47,179 nt of DNA from assembly GCA_023434095.1 (NCBI GenBank), contig JAEYTJ010000022.1, positions 1 to 47,179 on the forward strand. Reading direction: 5' to 3'. Under the pieces are notes generated by a model. The model had not been told where the DNA came from. It saw only the letters and a list, made by a program, of their open reading frames with translations, and made no database searches. Numbering within the stretch: the stretch's first letter is position 1; each line of letters starts with the position of its first letter. This DNA comes from Pseudomonadota bacterium. GTDB lineage: Bacteria > Pseudomonadota > Alphaproteobacteria > Rhizobiales > Xanthobacteraceae. This document shows, one piece after another, positions 37,606 to 46,672 of the stretch. The position numbers were made by a program, and so were the translations under genes.

Positions 37606-38601
37606 ATGACCTCCCTGTCCTCCACGCCCTCCTCGCTCACCTCGAAGCTGCGCCGGCTCGAACTCGGCGGCGCCGTCGTCGGGCTGCGCTTCCTCGGCGC
37701 GCACGCCGCCTTCGTGCTCGGCGAGGGCGAGGTCGTGCTGGTCGAGGAGGAGGAGGTCCGGGTGCGGGCGCATCAGGGCGCGGTGCTCGCGGTCGCCGGC
37801 GACGACCGGCGCCTGCTCACCGGCGGCGATGACGGGCGCGTGGTGGCGACCACGGCCGACGGGACGACGCAGGCGCTGTTCGAGCAGAAGGGCCGCTGGA
37901 TCGACCAGGTCGCGGCCGGCGCCGACGGCAGCGTCGCCTTCTCCGTCGGCAAGAGCGCGCATTTCCTCCCAGCGAAGGGCGAGCGCAAGTCGCACGACTT
38001 TCCCTCCACCGTTGGGGGCCTCGCCTTCGCGCCCAAGGGCACGCGCCTCGCCGTCGCCCATTATGGCGGCGTCTCGCTCTGGTTCCCCAATGCGCAGGCC
38101 AAGCCGGAATTCCTGGAATGGAAGGGCTCGCATCGCGGTGTGCTGTGGAGCCCGGACGGGCGTTTCGTGGTGACGACGATGCAGGAGGCGGCGCTGCATG
38201 GCTGGCGGCTCGCCGATGGCGGGCATATGCGGATGACCGGCTATCCCTCGCGGGTCACCTCGATGGCCTTCACCGCGGGCGGCAAGTTCCTCGCGACCTC
38301 CGGCTCCAGCGAGGCGATCCTCTGGCCCTTCGGCAGCAAGGAAGGCCCGATGGGCAAGCAGCCTTCCATGCTGGCGCCGCGCGACGTGCGGGTCTCCACG
38401 GTCGCCGCCCATCCGCGCGACGAGGTGATCGCCTGCGGCTATGAGGACGGGCTGGTGCTGATGGTGCGCATTGCCGACGGTGCCGAAATCCTGCTGCGCG
38501 CGCCCGATGGGGCGCCGGCGACCGCTCTGGCCTGGCGCGGCGACGGCGGCGCGCTCGCCATAGGCACGGAAAGCGGCGCGGCCGGCCTCATCGCCTTCTG
38601 A
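37606..38601 (+). CDS. WD40-repeat beta-propeller protein
   Basis: LLTGGDDGRV, LAFAPKG, WSPDGRFVVT, MAFTAGGKFLATSG and LAWRGDG repeats; follows cobW. Confidence 0.88.
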   Translation: MTSLSSTPSSLTSKLRRLELGGAVVGLRFLGAHAAFVLGEGEVVLVEEEEVRVRAHQGAVLAVAGDDRRLLTGGDDGRVVATTADGTTQALFEQKGRWIDQVAAGADGSVAFSVGKSAHFLPAKGERKSHDFPSTVGGLAFAPKGTRLAVAHYGGVSLWFPNAQAKPEFLEWKGSHRGVLWSPDGRFVVTTMQEAALHGWRLADGGHMRMTGYPSRVTSMAFTAGGKFLATSGSSEAILWPFGSKEGPMGKQPSMLAPRDVRVSTVAAHPRDEVIACGYEDGLVLMVRIADGAEILLRAPDGAPATALAWRGDGGALAIGTESGAAGLIAF

Positions 38602-38610
38602 GGTTTTTTT
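38584..38610 (+). terminator. Possible terminator overlapping the WD40 stop codon
   Basis: Short GGCCTCA...TGAGGTT stem running into a T7 tract. Confidence 0.45.
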
Positions 38611-38703
38611 AATACCGAAATTTCCGCGGGTTAGTCGCTTTCCGCTGTGGCCGCCCGGCCACGGTGAGATGGGGAGTTCGCTCGCGCACCAACAATGGGC
38701 GCC

Positions 38704-38732
38704 GTGTCACCGGCCTGTCACCCGTCTGTCGT
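38704..38732 (+). promoter_or_regulatory. Triple Pho box (PhoB binding site)
   Basis: GTGTCAC-N4-CTGTCAC-N4-CTGTCGT with exact 11-bp periodicity, matching CTGTCA(T/C)-N4. A candidate -10 (TAGCGG, 38743-38748) lies 10 bp downstream. Confidence 0.75.
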
Positions 38733-38783
38733 CCGCGCTCGCTAGCGGGGCAGCGGGAACAGATGTCCGGGGAACTCGCCGCC

Positions 38784-41700
38784 ATGAACCGCCATGCCTC
38801 GTCGAATTGCTACGCCATGTCGACCAGCCGCCTCGCCTTGATGGCGGCGGGCGCGGTGCTTGTCGCGCCGCTGGTGCTCGCCGCGGCGGCCCGCGCCGAT
38901 TCCTTCGTCGTGCCGGACGGTTCGACCGTCACCGCGGCGCAGAGCCTCGCCGGTACCGATACCGGCCTCGTCGCCGAAGGCGGGCGGCTCGATGTCTCCG
39001 GCGTCGCCATCACCTGGAGCGGCCCGGCGACCGGCGCGGGCGTGATGCTGGACAATAACGGCACGATCACCAGCACCGGCCGGGCCATCGACAGCGCCTC
39101 CAACGTGACCGGCACGCTGACCTTCACCAATAGCGGCGCCATCACCTCCGGCGAGGACACGGTTCGGATCAACGGCGCCTTCGCCAATGGCGTGCTCGAT
39201 GTCGTCAATTCCGGCACGATGACCGCCACCGCCGGGCAGGTGCTCGATCTGACCAAGGCGACGGCGGAAACCGCCACCGTCACCATCGACAACACCGGCA
39301 CGATGACCGCCGCGAAGAGCGACGCCATCCGCTTCGGCGCGGGCACCATCGTGCTCACCAATTCCGGCACGATCCAGACGCTGGACAGCGGCAGCCGCGC
39401 GCTGAAGTTCGACGACAAGGCGGCCATCGACACGCTTGTCTCGTTCACCCTCGTCAATGAAGAGGGCGGGCGTATCCTCGGCCAGGATGACGGATTCAAA
39501 TTCGCCGCCGATTCCACGACCTCGGACGCGAAGATTCTCGTCGAAAACCACGGCCTCATCGACGGCGGCGCCGGCCAGGCGCTGGACTTCGCCGACCTGA
39601 CGTCTGCCGGCAACGAGATTTCGATCCTCAACTACGGCACCTTGCAGTCCGCCACCGCCGACGGCATCCGGCCCGGCGCCGGGGCCGTGGTGACCAATTA
39701 CGGGCTGATCCAGTCCACCGACCTGACCAGCGATGGCGACGGCGTGGATTTCCAGGGCGCCGGCGGCACCGTGTTCAACGGGGCCACGGGTGAGATTGTC
39801 GGCGCCAAGCACGGCGTGACCGGCGACGGGGCGGTGAAGGTCGAGAACGCGGCCGGCGGGCTGATCGTCGGACGCAACGGTTCGGGCATCAATATCGACA
39901 GCACCGGCGCCACGCTGACGCAGATCACCAATTACGGCATCATTCGCGGCGAGGTCACCGGGCTGATCGACGAGGAAGGCACTGACAGCGTGCCGGACGG
40001 CGATGGCGACGGCGTCGATGTGGATGGGCAGGTGCTGCTGCACAATTACGGCCTCATCCAGGGCACCGGCGCCTCCGGCACCAAGGACGGCGAGCTGAAC
40101 ACGGCGGACGGCATCGCGGCCGGCGGCGGCATCATCTACAACCACAAGACTGGCATTATCGAAGCCTTCGACAACTATCCGAACGTGGATGCGGACGATG
40201 TCGGCCGCGCCATCCTGATCGACGACAGCGCGCAGGGGCCGGCGCCTTTCGCCACACAGCTCTTCAACGAGGGCATCATCCGCTCCGACGGGCCGACGGT
40301 GACCTTCATCGGCATGCAGGACGACACCATCGTCAATGGCGGCCTGATCAGCAGCGGCGGCGAGGTGGCGGTCGACATGGGCGGCGGCGATGATCTGTTC
40401 GTCTATGTCGCCGGCAGCGAGGTCGTCGGGCTGGTCCTCGGCGGGGCGGGCGACAACACGTTTGAACTCTTCGGCGCCGGTACGTTCGACCTCTCTTTGC
40501 TCGGGGACGAGGCGCAGTATCGCGACTTCGGTACGCTGCTCGTCGGTGAACTTTCCAGCTTCACCGGCACCGGCGTCTCGACCTTCGACGGCAAGGTGGA
40601 GATCGAGGGCGCCTTCGCACTGAATGGTTCTCTGGCGGCCGCCTCGGTCGCGGTCGAGGATGGGGGCCTGCTCGGGGGCAATGCCACCCTCGGCAACCTT
40701 ACCGTCGGCGCCGGTGGCACCGTCTCGCCGGGCAACTCCATCGGCACCGTCACCGTGCGCGGCACGACGACCTTCGAGGCCGGGTCGGTCTATGAGGTGG
40801 AACTCAGTGGCCGTGCCTCGGACAGCATCGTCACCGACGCCCTGACCCTCAATGGCGGCACGGTGGTGCTCTCGGCCATCGGTCCGGTCTATACCGGCAT
40901 GGCCTATGAGATCGTCTCGGCCGCGACGACGACCACGCCGGCGGGCCAGTTCGCCCTTGCCGACCCTGACTTCCTGTTCGCCGATGCCGCGCTCGGCCGC
41001 GACGATGCCTCGGTGACGCTCACCCTGACCCGCAACGAAATTGCCCTCGCCAGCCTCGCCCGCACCGCCAACCAGGCCAGCGTCGCCGGCGCGCTCGACC
41101 GCGCCGACGGCAGCCTGCTGCAGGCGACCGTGCTCGCGGGCACCGAGGGGCAGGAGCAGGCGATCCGCGCCGGCTACGACCTGCTTTCCGGCGAGGTGCA
41201 TGCCTCGGTCGGCACCACGCTGTATTTCCAGTCGACGCTGGTGGCCGACACGCTGGTCGGCCGCCTGCGCCAGGCCTCCGCGGCCGGGGCCTCGCCGGCG
41301 CTGGCGGCGCTTGCCACCGGCGGGCCGGTGACCGCTTATGCGGCCAAGGCGCCGGAAGCGGCAAGCCCGTTCCCGGTCAAGGCGCTGCCACCTGAGCCGG
41401 CGGGCCTGGTCTATGCCGCCTGGGCGCAGGGCTTCGGCCAGTGGAATTCCGCCGATGGCACCGGCAATTCCGCCGATGTCGATTCCTCGCTCGGCGGCTT
41501 CCTCGCCGGCGGCGACGTCACCTCCGGCAACGTCACCTTCGGCCTCGCGGCCGGCTACGCTTCCGCGAGCCTCGATGTCGACGGACGGCGGAGCAGCGCC
41601 GATGCCGACACGGTGATCCTCGCCGCCTATGCCGGCGCGAATTTCGATGCCTTCCGCCTGCGCGGCGGCGCCAGCTATGGCTGGAGCGACATCGACACCA

Positions 41701-42233
41701 CCCGCAGCGTCGCCATGCTCAGCCTGTTCGAGAACCCGCTAGGTTCCTATGACGGCTCGACGGCCAACATTTTCGTCGAGGCGGCCTATGCCGTGGAAGC
41801 CGGCGGCGTCGCCTTCGAGCCCTTCGCGCAGATGGCGTGGAGCTGGATCGACACCGACAGCTTCACCGAGACCGGTGCCTTCACCAGCGGCCTCGCCTCC
41901 TCCGGCCTGTCCTATGACGTGCCCTATTCGACATTGGGCCTGCGCCTCGCCACCACGCTGGCGATGGGCGGGGGCACGGTGACCCCGCATGCGAGCCTCG
42001 CCTGGCGCCACGCCTATGGCGACATCACCCCGGAGCTCGGTATGAGCTTCGCTTCCACCGGCACGGCCTTCACCGTCGCCGGCGCGCCGATCGCCGAGGA
42101 CAGCCTCGTGCTCGGCGCCGGCATCGACGTCGCGGTGGGCGAGAAGGTCCGGCTCAATCTCGGCTATGAGGGGCAGTTTGCCAGCGACGTGAACACCAGC
42201 GCGATCAAGGGCGGCTTCACCTACCGCTTCTGA
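38784..42233 (+). CDS. Type Va autotransporter with an Asp/Gly-rich beta-helical passenger
   Basis: Signal peptide (LAAAARA-D), repeated N(S/Y/H/T)G.(I/M/L) turns, VSPGNSIG, YDLLSGEVHAS linker, and a C-terminal barrel ending FTYRF. Start 38784 (GGGGA RBS) or 38817. Confidence 0.9.
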   Translation: MNRHASSNCYAMSTSRLALMAAGAVLVAPLVLAAAARADSFVVPDGSTVTAAQSLAGTDTGLVAEGGRLDVSGVAITWSGPATGAGVMLDNNGTITSTGRAIDSASNVTGTLTFTNSGAITSGEDTVRINGAFANGVLDVVNSGTMTATAGQVLDLTKATAETATVTIDNTGTMTAAKSDAIRFGAGTIVLTNSGTIQTLDSGSRALKFDDKAAIDTLVSFTLVNEEGGRILGQDDGFKFAADSTTSDAKILVENHGLIDGGAGQALDFADLTSAGNEISILNYGTLQSATADGIRPGAGAVVTNYGLIQSTDLTSDGDGVDFQGAGGTVFNGATGEIVGAKHGVTGDGAVKVENAAGGLIVGRNGSGINIDSTGATLTQITNYGIIRGEVTGLIDEEGTDSVPDGDGDGVDVDGQVLLHNYGLIQGTGASGTKDGELNTADGIAAGGGIIYNHKTGIIEAFDNYPNVDADDVGRAILIDDSAQGPAPFATQLFNEGIIRSDGPTVTFIGMQDDTIVNGGLISSGGEVAVDMGGGDDLFVYVAGSEVVGLVLGGAGDNTFELFGAGTFDLSLLGDEAQYRDFGTLLVGELSSFTGTGVSTFDGKVEIEGAFALNGSLAAASVAVEDGGLLGGNATLGNLTVGAGGTVSPGNSIGTVTVRGTTTFEAGSVYEVELSGRASDSIVTDALTLNGGTVVLSAIGPVYTGMAYEIVSAATTTTPAGQFALADPDFLFADAALGRDDASVTLTLTRNEIALASLARTANQASVAGALDRADGSLLQATVLAGTEGQEQAIRAGYDLLSGEVHASVGTTLYFQSTLVADTLVGRLRQASAAGASPALAALATGGPVTAYAAKAPEAASPFPVKALPPEPAGLVYAAWAQGFGQWNSADGTGNSADVDSSLGGFLAGGDVTSGNVTFGLAAGYASASLDVDGRRSSADADTVILAAYAGANFDAFRLRGGASYGWSDIDTTRSVAMLSLFENPLGSYDGSTANIFVEAAYAVEAGGVAFEPFAQMAWSWIDTDSFTETGAFTSGLASSGLSYDVPYSTLGLRLATTLAMGGGTVTPHASLAWRHAYGDITPELGMSFASTGTAFTVAGAPIAEDSLVLGAGIDVAVGEKVRLNLGYEGQFASDVNTSAIKGGFTYRF

Positions 42234-42323
42234 GGCGACACCGGCCGGGCTCTCCCAAGGGCCCGGCGCCCCTACCGGAGGACGGCATTTCGGTTAGGCT
42301 GGGCCATCGCAGGAGTGCCCCGC

Positions 42324-43064
42324 ATGAAGATCGACGACGTCCGCCGCACCGCCTATTCCATGCCGCTCACCAGCCCGGCCTTTCCGAAGGGGCCCTACCG
42401 GTTCTTCAACCGCGAATTCTTCGTCGTCACCTACCGCACCGATCCGGCGGCGCTGGAGAAGGTGGTGCCCGAGCCGCTGAAGGTGGTGGAGCCGATCGTC
42501 AAATATGAGTTCATCCGCATGCCGGACTCGACCGGCTTCGGCGACTACACCGAAACCGGGCAGGTGATCCCGGTCGAGCTGAACGGGGTCCGGGGCGGCT
42601 ATGTCCACTCCATGTATCTCGACGATGAGGCACCCATCGCCGGCGGGCGCGAGCTGTGGGGCTTTCCCAAGAAGCTCGCCAAGCCGCGCCTGCAGGTGGA
42701 GAGCGACACGCTGGTCGGCACGCTCCACTATGGCAGCGTGCTCGTCGCCTCCGCCACCATGGGCTACAAATACGAGGCGCTGGACAAGGCGGCGCTGCAC
42801 GCCTCGCTGCGGGGCCCGAACTGGGTGCTGAAGATCATTCCGCATGTCGACGGCACGGCGCGGGTGTGCGAGCTGGTCGAGTATTATCTGGAAGACATCA
42901 CGGTCTATGAGGGCTGGACCGGACCGGCGGCGCTCGGCCTGTTTCCGCACGCGCTGGCGGACGTCGCCAGGCTGCCCGTGCTGGAGGTGATCTCGGCGGC
43001 GCATTTCCGCACCGACCTCACCCTCGGCCTCGGCAAGGTGGCGTTCGACTATCTGGCGGAGTGA
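42324..43064 (+). CDS. adc: Acetoacetate decarboxylase
   Basis: [31 protein letters not shown] and [13 protein letters not shown] (Schiff-base Lys); AGGAG RBS before ATG 42324. Confidence 0.9.
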   Translation: MKIDDVRRTAYSMPLTSPAFPKGPYRFFNREFFVVTYRTDPAALEKVVPEPLKVVEPIVKYEFIRMPDSTGFGDYTETGQVIPVELNGVRGGYVHSMYLDDEAPIAGGRELWGFPKKLAKPRLQVESDTLVGTLHYGSVLVASATMGYKYEALDKAALHASLRGPNWVLKIIPHVDGTARVCELVEYYLEDITVYEGWTGPAALGLFPHALADVARLPVLEVISAAHFRTDLTLGLGKVAFDYLAE

Positions 43065-43080
43065 GGCGCACGGGCGGCCG

Positions 43081-44046
43081 TCACCCCAGTGTCAGCCGTT
43101 CCGTCGCCATGAAGCCGAAAAACAGGGCCAGCCCGAAGGCGACCAGCATCAGCGCGGCGAGGAGTTCCACGCTGCGCAAGGCCACCGCCGCCGCCGACCC
43201 GGAACGATTGGCGGCGAGCCGCACCGCCGCGTGCTTGGCGAACACCGCCAGCGCGGCGATGGCGCTGACCGTCAGCGCCGTGCCGACGCCCATCAACAGG
43301 GCCGAGGCGGCGCCGACCCAGAAGATGCCCTGCGCCAGCGCGAAGACCAGCACGAGAATGGCGCCCGAGCAGGGGCGCAGCCCGACCGACAGCACCGCGC
43401 TCCACCAGTCGCGCCAGCCGCTCCCGCGCGGTAAATCCTCAGGCGCCGGCATATGGGCGTGGCCGTCGCCGCAGCCGCAGTCGGGGCCATGGACATGGAC
43501 GGGCGTCCCGCGCCAGGCGGCAATGAGGGCGCGGCCCTTGATCCAGGCGAGGCGCAGGCCGAGGACGACGATCAGCCCATAGGCGGCGAGTTCGATGAAG
43601 CTCACCGCCCGGCTCATCGTCGCGGCGGTGGCGCCGAGAATGGCGGCGAGCAGGCCGGCGACCAGGATGGCGGTCAGCGCCTGCGCGAGCGAGCTGGCGA
43701 AGGCGAGGCCGATGCCGCGCTTCAGCGTGGCCTCATTGGCGAGGAGGTAGGAGGAGATCACCGCCTTGCCATGGCCAGGGCCGGCGGCGTGAAACACGCC
43801 ATAGGCGAAGGAAATGCCGCCGAGCAGCAGCACCGCGTGCCCGTCTTGCTTCGAAGCCCGCACGGCGGAGGTGAGCAGGCGGTAGAACTCGGCCTGTTTG
43901 GCGAGGATGAAGCCGGCGAGGCCGCCCGCCTCGGGCGCCGCCGGCGCGCCGACACCGAACGGGCTCTGGGCGAGGGCGGGGTGCAGCGTCAGCACGGCGG
44001 CGCCGAGCGCCAGCGCCAGCAGGGCCAGCCGGCGGCTCACGAGCAC
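43081..44046 (-). CDS. NiCoT/RcnA-like (ZevB-like) metal transporter
   Basis: YGVFHAAGPGHGKAVISSYL, the HVHGPDCGCGDGHAH loop and GLRPCSGA. Confidence 0.88.
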   Translation of the reverse strand: MLVSRRLALLALALGAAVLTLHPALAQSPFGVGAPAAPEAGGLAGFILAKQAEFYRLLTSAVRASKQDGHAVLLLGGISFAYGVFHAAGPGHGKAVISSYLLANEATLKRGIGLAFASSLAQALTAILVAGLLAAILGATAATMSRAVSFIELAAYGLIVVLGLRLAWIKGRALIAAWRGTPVHVHGPDCGCGDGHAHMPAPEDLPRGSGWRDWWSAVLSVGLRPCSGAILVLVFALAQGIFWVGAASALLMGVGTALTVSAIAALAVFAKHAAVRLAANRSGSAAAVALRSVELLAALMLVAFGLALFFGFMATERLTLG

Positions 44047-44675
44047 TTCACCGTGACCCTGTTGGCGAATTGCGAGCCGAACTGGCTGGCGGAGGTGAGG
44101 GCGTTGAAGAAGCCTTCGGACAGCGTGGTCGAGCTTCCCGTCGCCGCCGGGTCGGGGCGGTGCAAGGTGAGCGCGCAGTCCCCGGCATTGCCCGCCAGCT
44201 TCACCGGGTCGTCGTCGGCGAGCTGGAAGGCGACGAAATAGGTCGGGTCGTAGACGTCGAGCGACATCTCGCCCTTTTTCGCCGGCGGCTCGGCGAAGGG
44301 CAGGGTGAAATGCAGGGTCAGCGCGGTGCCGTCATAGGTCAGCGAATAGTCCTTCGGCGGCAGGAACGCGATGTCCTGCTTACCACGCTTGGCATAGGTG
44401 AAGAAGTCGAATTCGTGCAGGGAGTCGATGTTCACCTGCGCCAGCTCTTCCAGCGTCTTGGCGCTGGGCTTGCCGTCGGGCGTGGTCTCCAGCCCCTGCA
44501 GCGCATAGGTCGAGAACGCCTCGTCGAACTTCCAGTGGTGGCGCACGCCGGAGAGCGTGCCGTCGGGCGCGTAGTCGAGTTCGGAATGCACCTCGACCCA
44601 GACATGCGGGTGTGCAGTGGCAGCGCCAGTCAGTGCAGTGAGGACGAAGAGGATCGCCAGAAGTCGCTGAATCAC
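44037..44675 (-). CDS. DUF1007 periplasmic protein (ZevA-like)
   Basis: Signal peptide followed by AHPHVW, W.FDEAFS and YDPTYFVAF; overlaps the downstream transporter gene. Confidence 0.88.
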   Translation of the reverse strand: MIQRLLAILFVLTALTGAATAHPHVWVEVHSELDYAPDGTLSGVRHHWKFDEAFSTYALQGLETTPDGKPSAKTLEELAQVNIDSLHEFDFFTYAKRGKQDIAFLPPKDYSLTYDGTALTLHFTLPFAEPPAKKGEMSLDVYDPTYFVAFQLADDDPVKLAGNAGDCALTLHRPDPAATGSSTTLSEGFFNALTSASQFGSQFANRVTVKCS

Positions 44676-44814
44676 GTCGGGCCTCTCCGGAGCCGCTGGG
44701 GTGAGCGACTGGTGGCGGGCGAGTTCGGCGGAATGGTGACGGTCGGCCCGCCAAACGGCAACGGCCGCCCGCAGGCGGCCGTCTCCTGAACTTCACAAAC
44801 CCGTGCGGGTCGCC

Positions 44815-45852
44815 TCAGGCCGCCTTCTGCGCCTTCGGCTGGATCAGCTTGCGGTTGACCAGCACTTCCGCGATCTGAACCGCGTTCAGCGCCGCGCCCT
44901 TGCGCAGATTGTCCGACACGCACCAGAATGACAGGCCGTTCTCCACCGTCGCGTCCTCGCGGATGCGCGAGACATAGGTGGCGTCCTCGCCGGCCGCCTC
45001 ATAGGGCGTGATGTAGCCACCCGGCTCGCGCTTGTCGACGACCAGCACCCCCGGCGCGTTGCGCAGGGTTTCGGTCGCCTCCTCGACGCTGATCGGATTC
45101 TCGAACTCGACGTTCACGGCTTCCGAATGGGAGATGAACACCGGCACGCGCACGGCGGTGCAGGTGAGCTTGATCTTCGGATCGAGAATCTTCTTCGTCT
45201 CGGCCATCACCTTCCATTCCTCCTTCGTGTAGCCGTCTTCCATGAAGACGTCGATGTGAGGAATGACGTTGAAGGCGATGCGCTTGGGGAACTTCTTGGC
45301 TTCCACCGGGTCGGAGACGAACACCGCGCGGGTCTGGGCGAACAGTTCGTCCATGGCGTCCTTGCCGGCGCCGGAGACGGACTGATAGGTCGCCACCACG
45401 ACGCGCTTGATCGTCGCCTTGTCGTGCAGCGGCTTGAGGGCCACGACGAGCTGGGCGGTGGAGCAGTTCGGGTTGGCGATGATGTTCTTCTTGGTGAAGC
45501 CGGCGACGGCGTCGGCGTTCACTTCCGGCACGATCAGCGGCACGTCGCTGTCGTAGCGGAAGGCGGAGGAATTATCGATCACCACGCAGCCCTGACGGCC
45601 GATCTTCGGCGACCATTCCTTGGACACGTCACCGCCGGCCGACATCAGGCAGATGTCGGTGTCGGAAAAATCGTAGTTCTCCAGGGCTTTGCACTTGAGC
45701 GTCTTGTCGCCGAAGGAAACCTCGGTGCCGACCGAGCGGCGAGAGGCGAGCGCGACCACCTCGTCGGCGGGAAACCCGCGCTCGGAGAGAATGTCGAGCA
45801 TTTCGCGGCCCACATTACCCGTGGCACCGACGATGGCGACCTTGTAGCCCAT
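44815..45852 (-). CDS. asd: Aspartate-semialdehyde dehydrogenase
   Basis: VGATGNVG, IDNSSAFR, ANPNCST, YQSVSGAG and DNLRKGAALNAVQIAE; ATG 45852 with an AGGAGA RBS. Confidence 0.97.
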   Translation of the reverse strand: MGYKVAIVGATGNVGREMLDILSERGFPADEVVALASRRSVGTEVSFGDKTLKCKALENYDFSDTDICLMSAGGDVSKEWSPKIGRQGCVVIDNSSAFRYDSDVPLIVPEVNADAVAGFTKKNIIANPNCSTAQLVVALKPLHDKATIKRVVVATYQSVSGAGKDAMDELFAQTRAVFVSDPVEAKKFPKRIAFNVIPHIDVFMEDGYTKEEWKVMAETKKILDPKIKLTCTAVRVPVFISHSEAVNVEFENPISVEEATETLRNAPGVLVVDKREPGGYITPYEAAGEDATYVSRIREDATVENGLSFWCVSDNLRKGAALNAVQIAEVLVNRKLIQPKAQKAA

Positions 45853-45985
45853 GTGCTGATCTCCTGAAGGCCCTGCCATTCACAGGCTCGGGCGAGCGCG
45901 GGCTTTTACGCGATAAGGCGAAGCGAGGCAACGGGTGGGGGAAGGGGACGAACGGCGGCTCTTGATCACTCTCCCGGCGCCATTA

Positions 45986-45999
45986 TGTTACATGTAACA
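45986..45999. promoter_or_regulatory. Perfect 14-bp palindromic operator of the TA promoter
   Basis: TGTTACATGTAACA, 16 bp upstream of the antitoxin ATG, with TTGATC (-35-like) at 45962. Confidence 0.7.
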
Positions 46000-46015
46000 G
46001 AATGGGGAGAGAGCG

Positions 46016-46234
46016 ATGGCAACGTCGGTTCGCGCGCGCGTACAACGCCGCCGTGAGGCGCTGAGAGCGGCGGGGCTGCGGCCGGTGCAAATCTGGCTGC
46101 CCGATACGCGGCGCGCGGGATTTGCCGAGGAATGCCGCCGGCAGTCGCGACTTGCGGCTGAAGCCGACTTCGCGGACCGGGACCTGCAGTCCTTCATGGA
46201 CGGCGCATGGGCCGATCTTCCGGCGGATGAGTGA
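46016..46234 (+). CDS. Antitoxin, MazE-like (DUF3018)
   Basis: RVQRRREALRAAGLRPVQIWLPDTR...F.EECRRQS signature; overlaps the toxin start. Confidence 0.85.
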   Translation: MATSVRARVQRRREALRAAGLRPVQIWLPDTRRAGFAEECRRQSRLAAEADFADRDLQSFMDGAWADLPADE

Positions 46235-46554
46235 TGCGAGGCCATCTGGTGACGGTCTCGCTCCCAGGTGATTTCGGCAAGCCGCGGCCGGCCCTGGTGA
46301 TTCAGGCGGATCAGTTCGGCGAGACCGCAACGGTGACGGTCCTGCCGCTGTCGGGCACACCGGTCGACGCGCCGCTGATCCGCATCGGGGTGGAACCGAG
46401 CGCGGCGAACGGCCTGCGCAAACCCTCGCAGATCATGATCGACAAACCGATGACGATCCGCCGTGACCGTCTCGGCCCGGCCTTCGGCCAGTTGGAAGAC
46501 GAGACGATGGTCCGGGTCACGCGATCGCTGGCGCTTTTTCTCGGCTTGGGATGA
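46231..46554 (+). CDS. PemK/MazF family endoribonuclease toxin
   Basis: RGHLVTV..PGDFGKPRPALVIQAD, NGLRKPSQIMIDK and G..FGQL. Confidence 0.9.
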   Translation: MMRGHLVTVSLPGDFGKPRPALVIQADQFGETATVTVLPLSGTPVDAPLIRIGVEPSAANGLRKPSQIMIDKPMTIRRDRLGPAFGQLEDETMVRVTRSLALFLGLG

Positions 46555-46630
46555 AGCGGGCTTTGACACGATAAGGGGCAAGAGGGCAACGGGTGGAGGG
46601 CGCTCACAGGCCGTCAACTCCCCGGATGAG

Positions 46631-46672
46631 CATCCTTCGAGGCCCGGCGATGCCGGGCACCTAAGGATGACG
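46631..46672. repeat. CGTCAT-tagged REP (family C), reverse orientation
   Basis: CATCCTTCGAGGCCCGGCGATGCCGGGCACCTAAGGATGACG. Confidence 0.85.

Noticed and set aside
44761..44782. GC hairpin downstream of asd as a terminator
   Set aside because: The 9-bp stem has no convincing U-tract on the minus strand, so it was not called.
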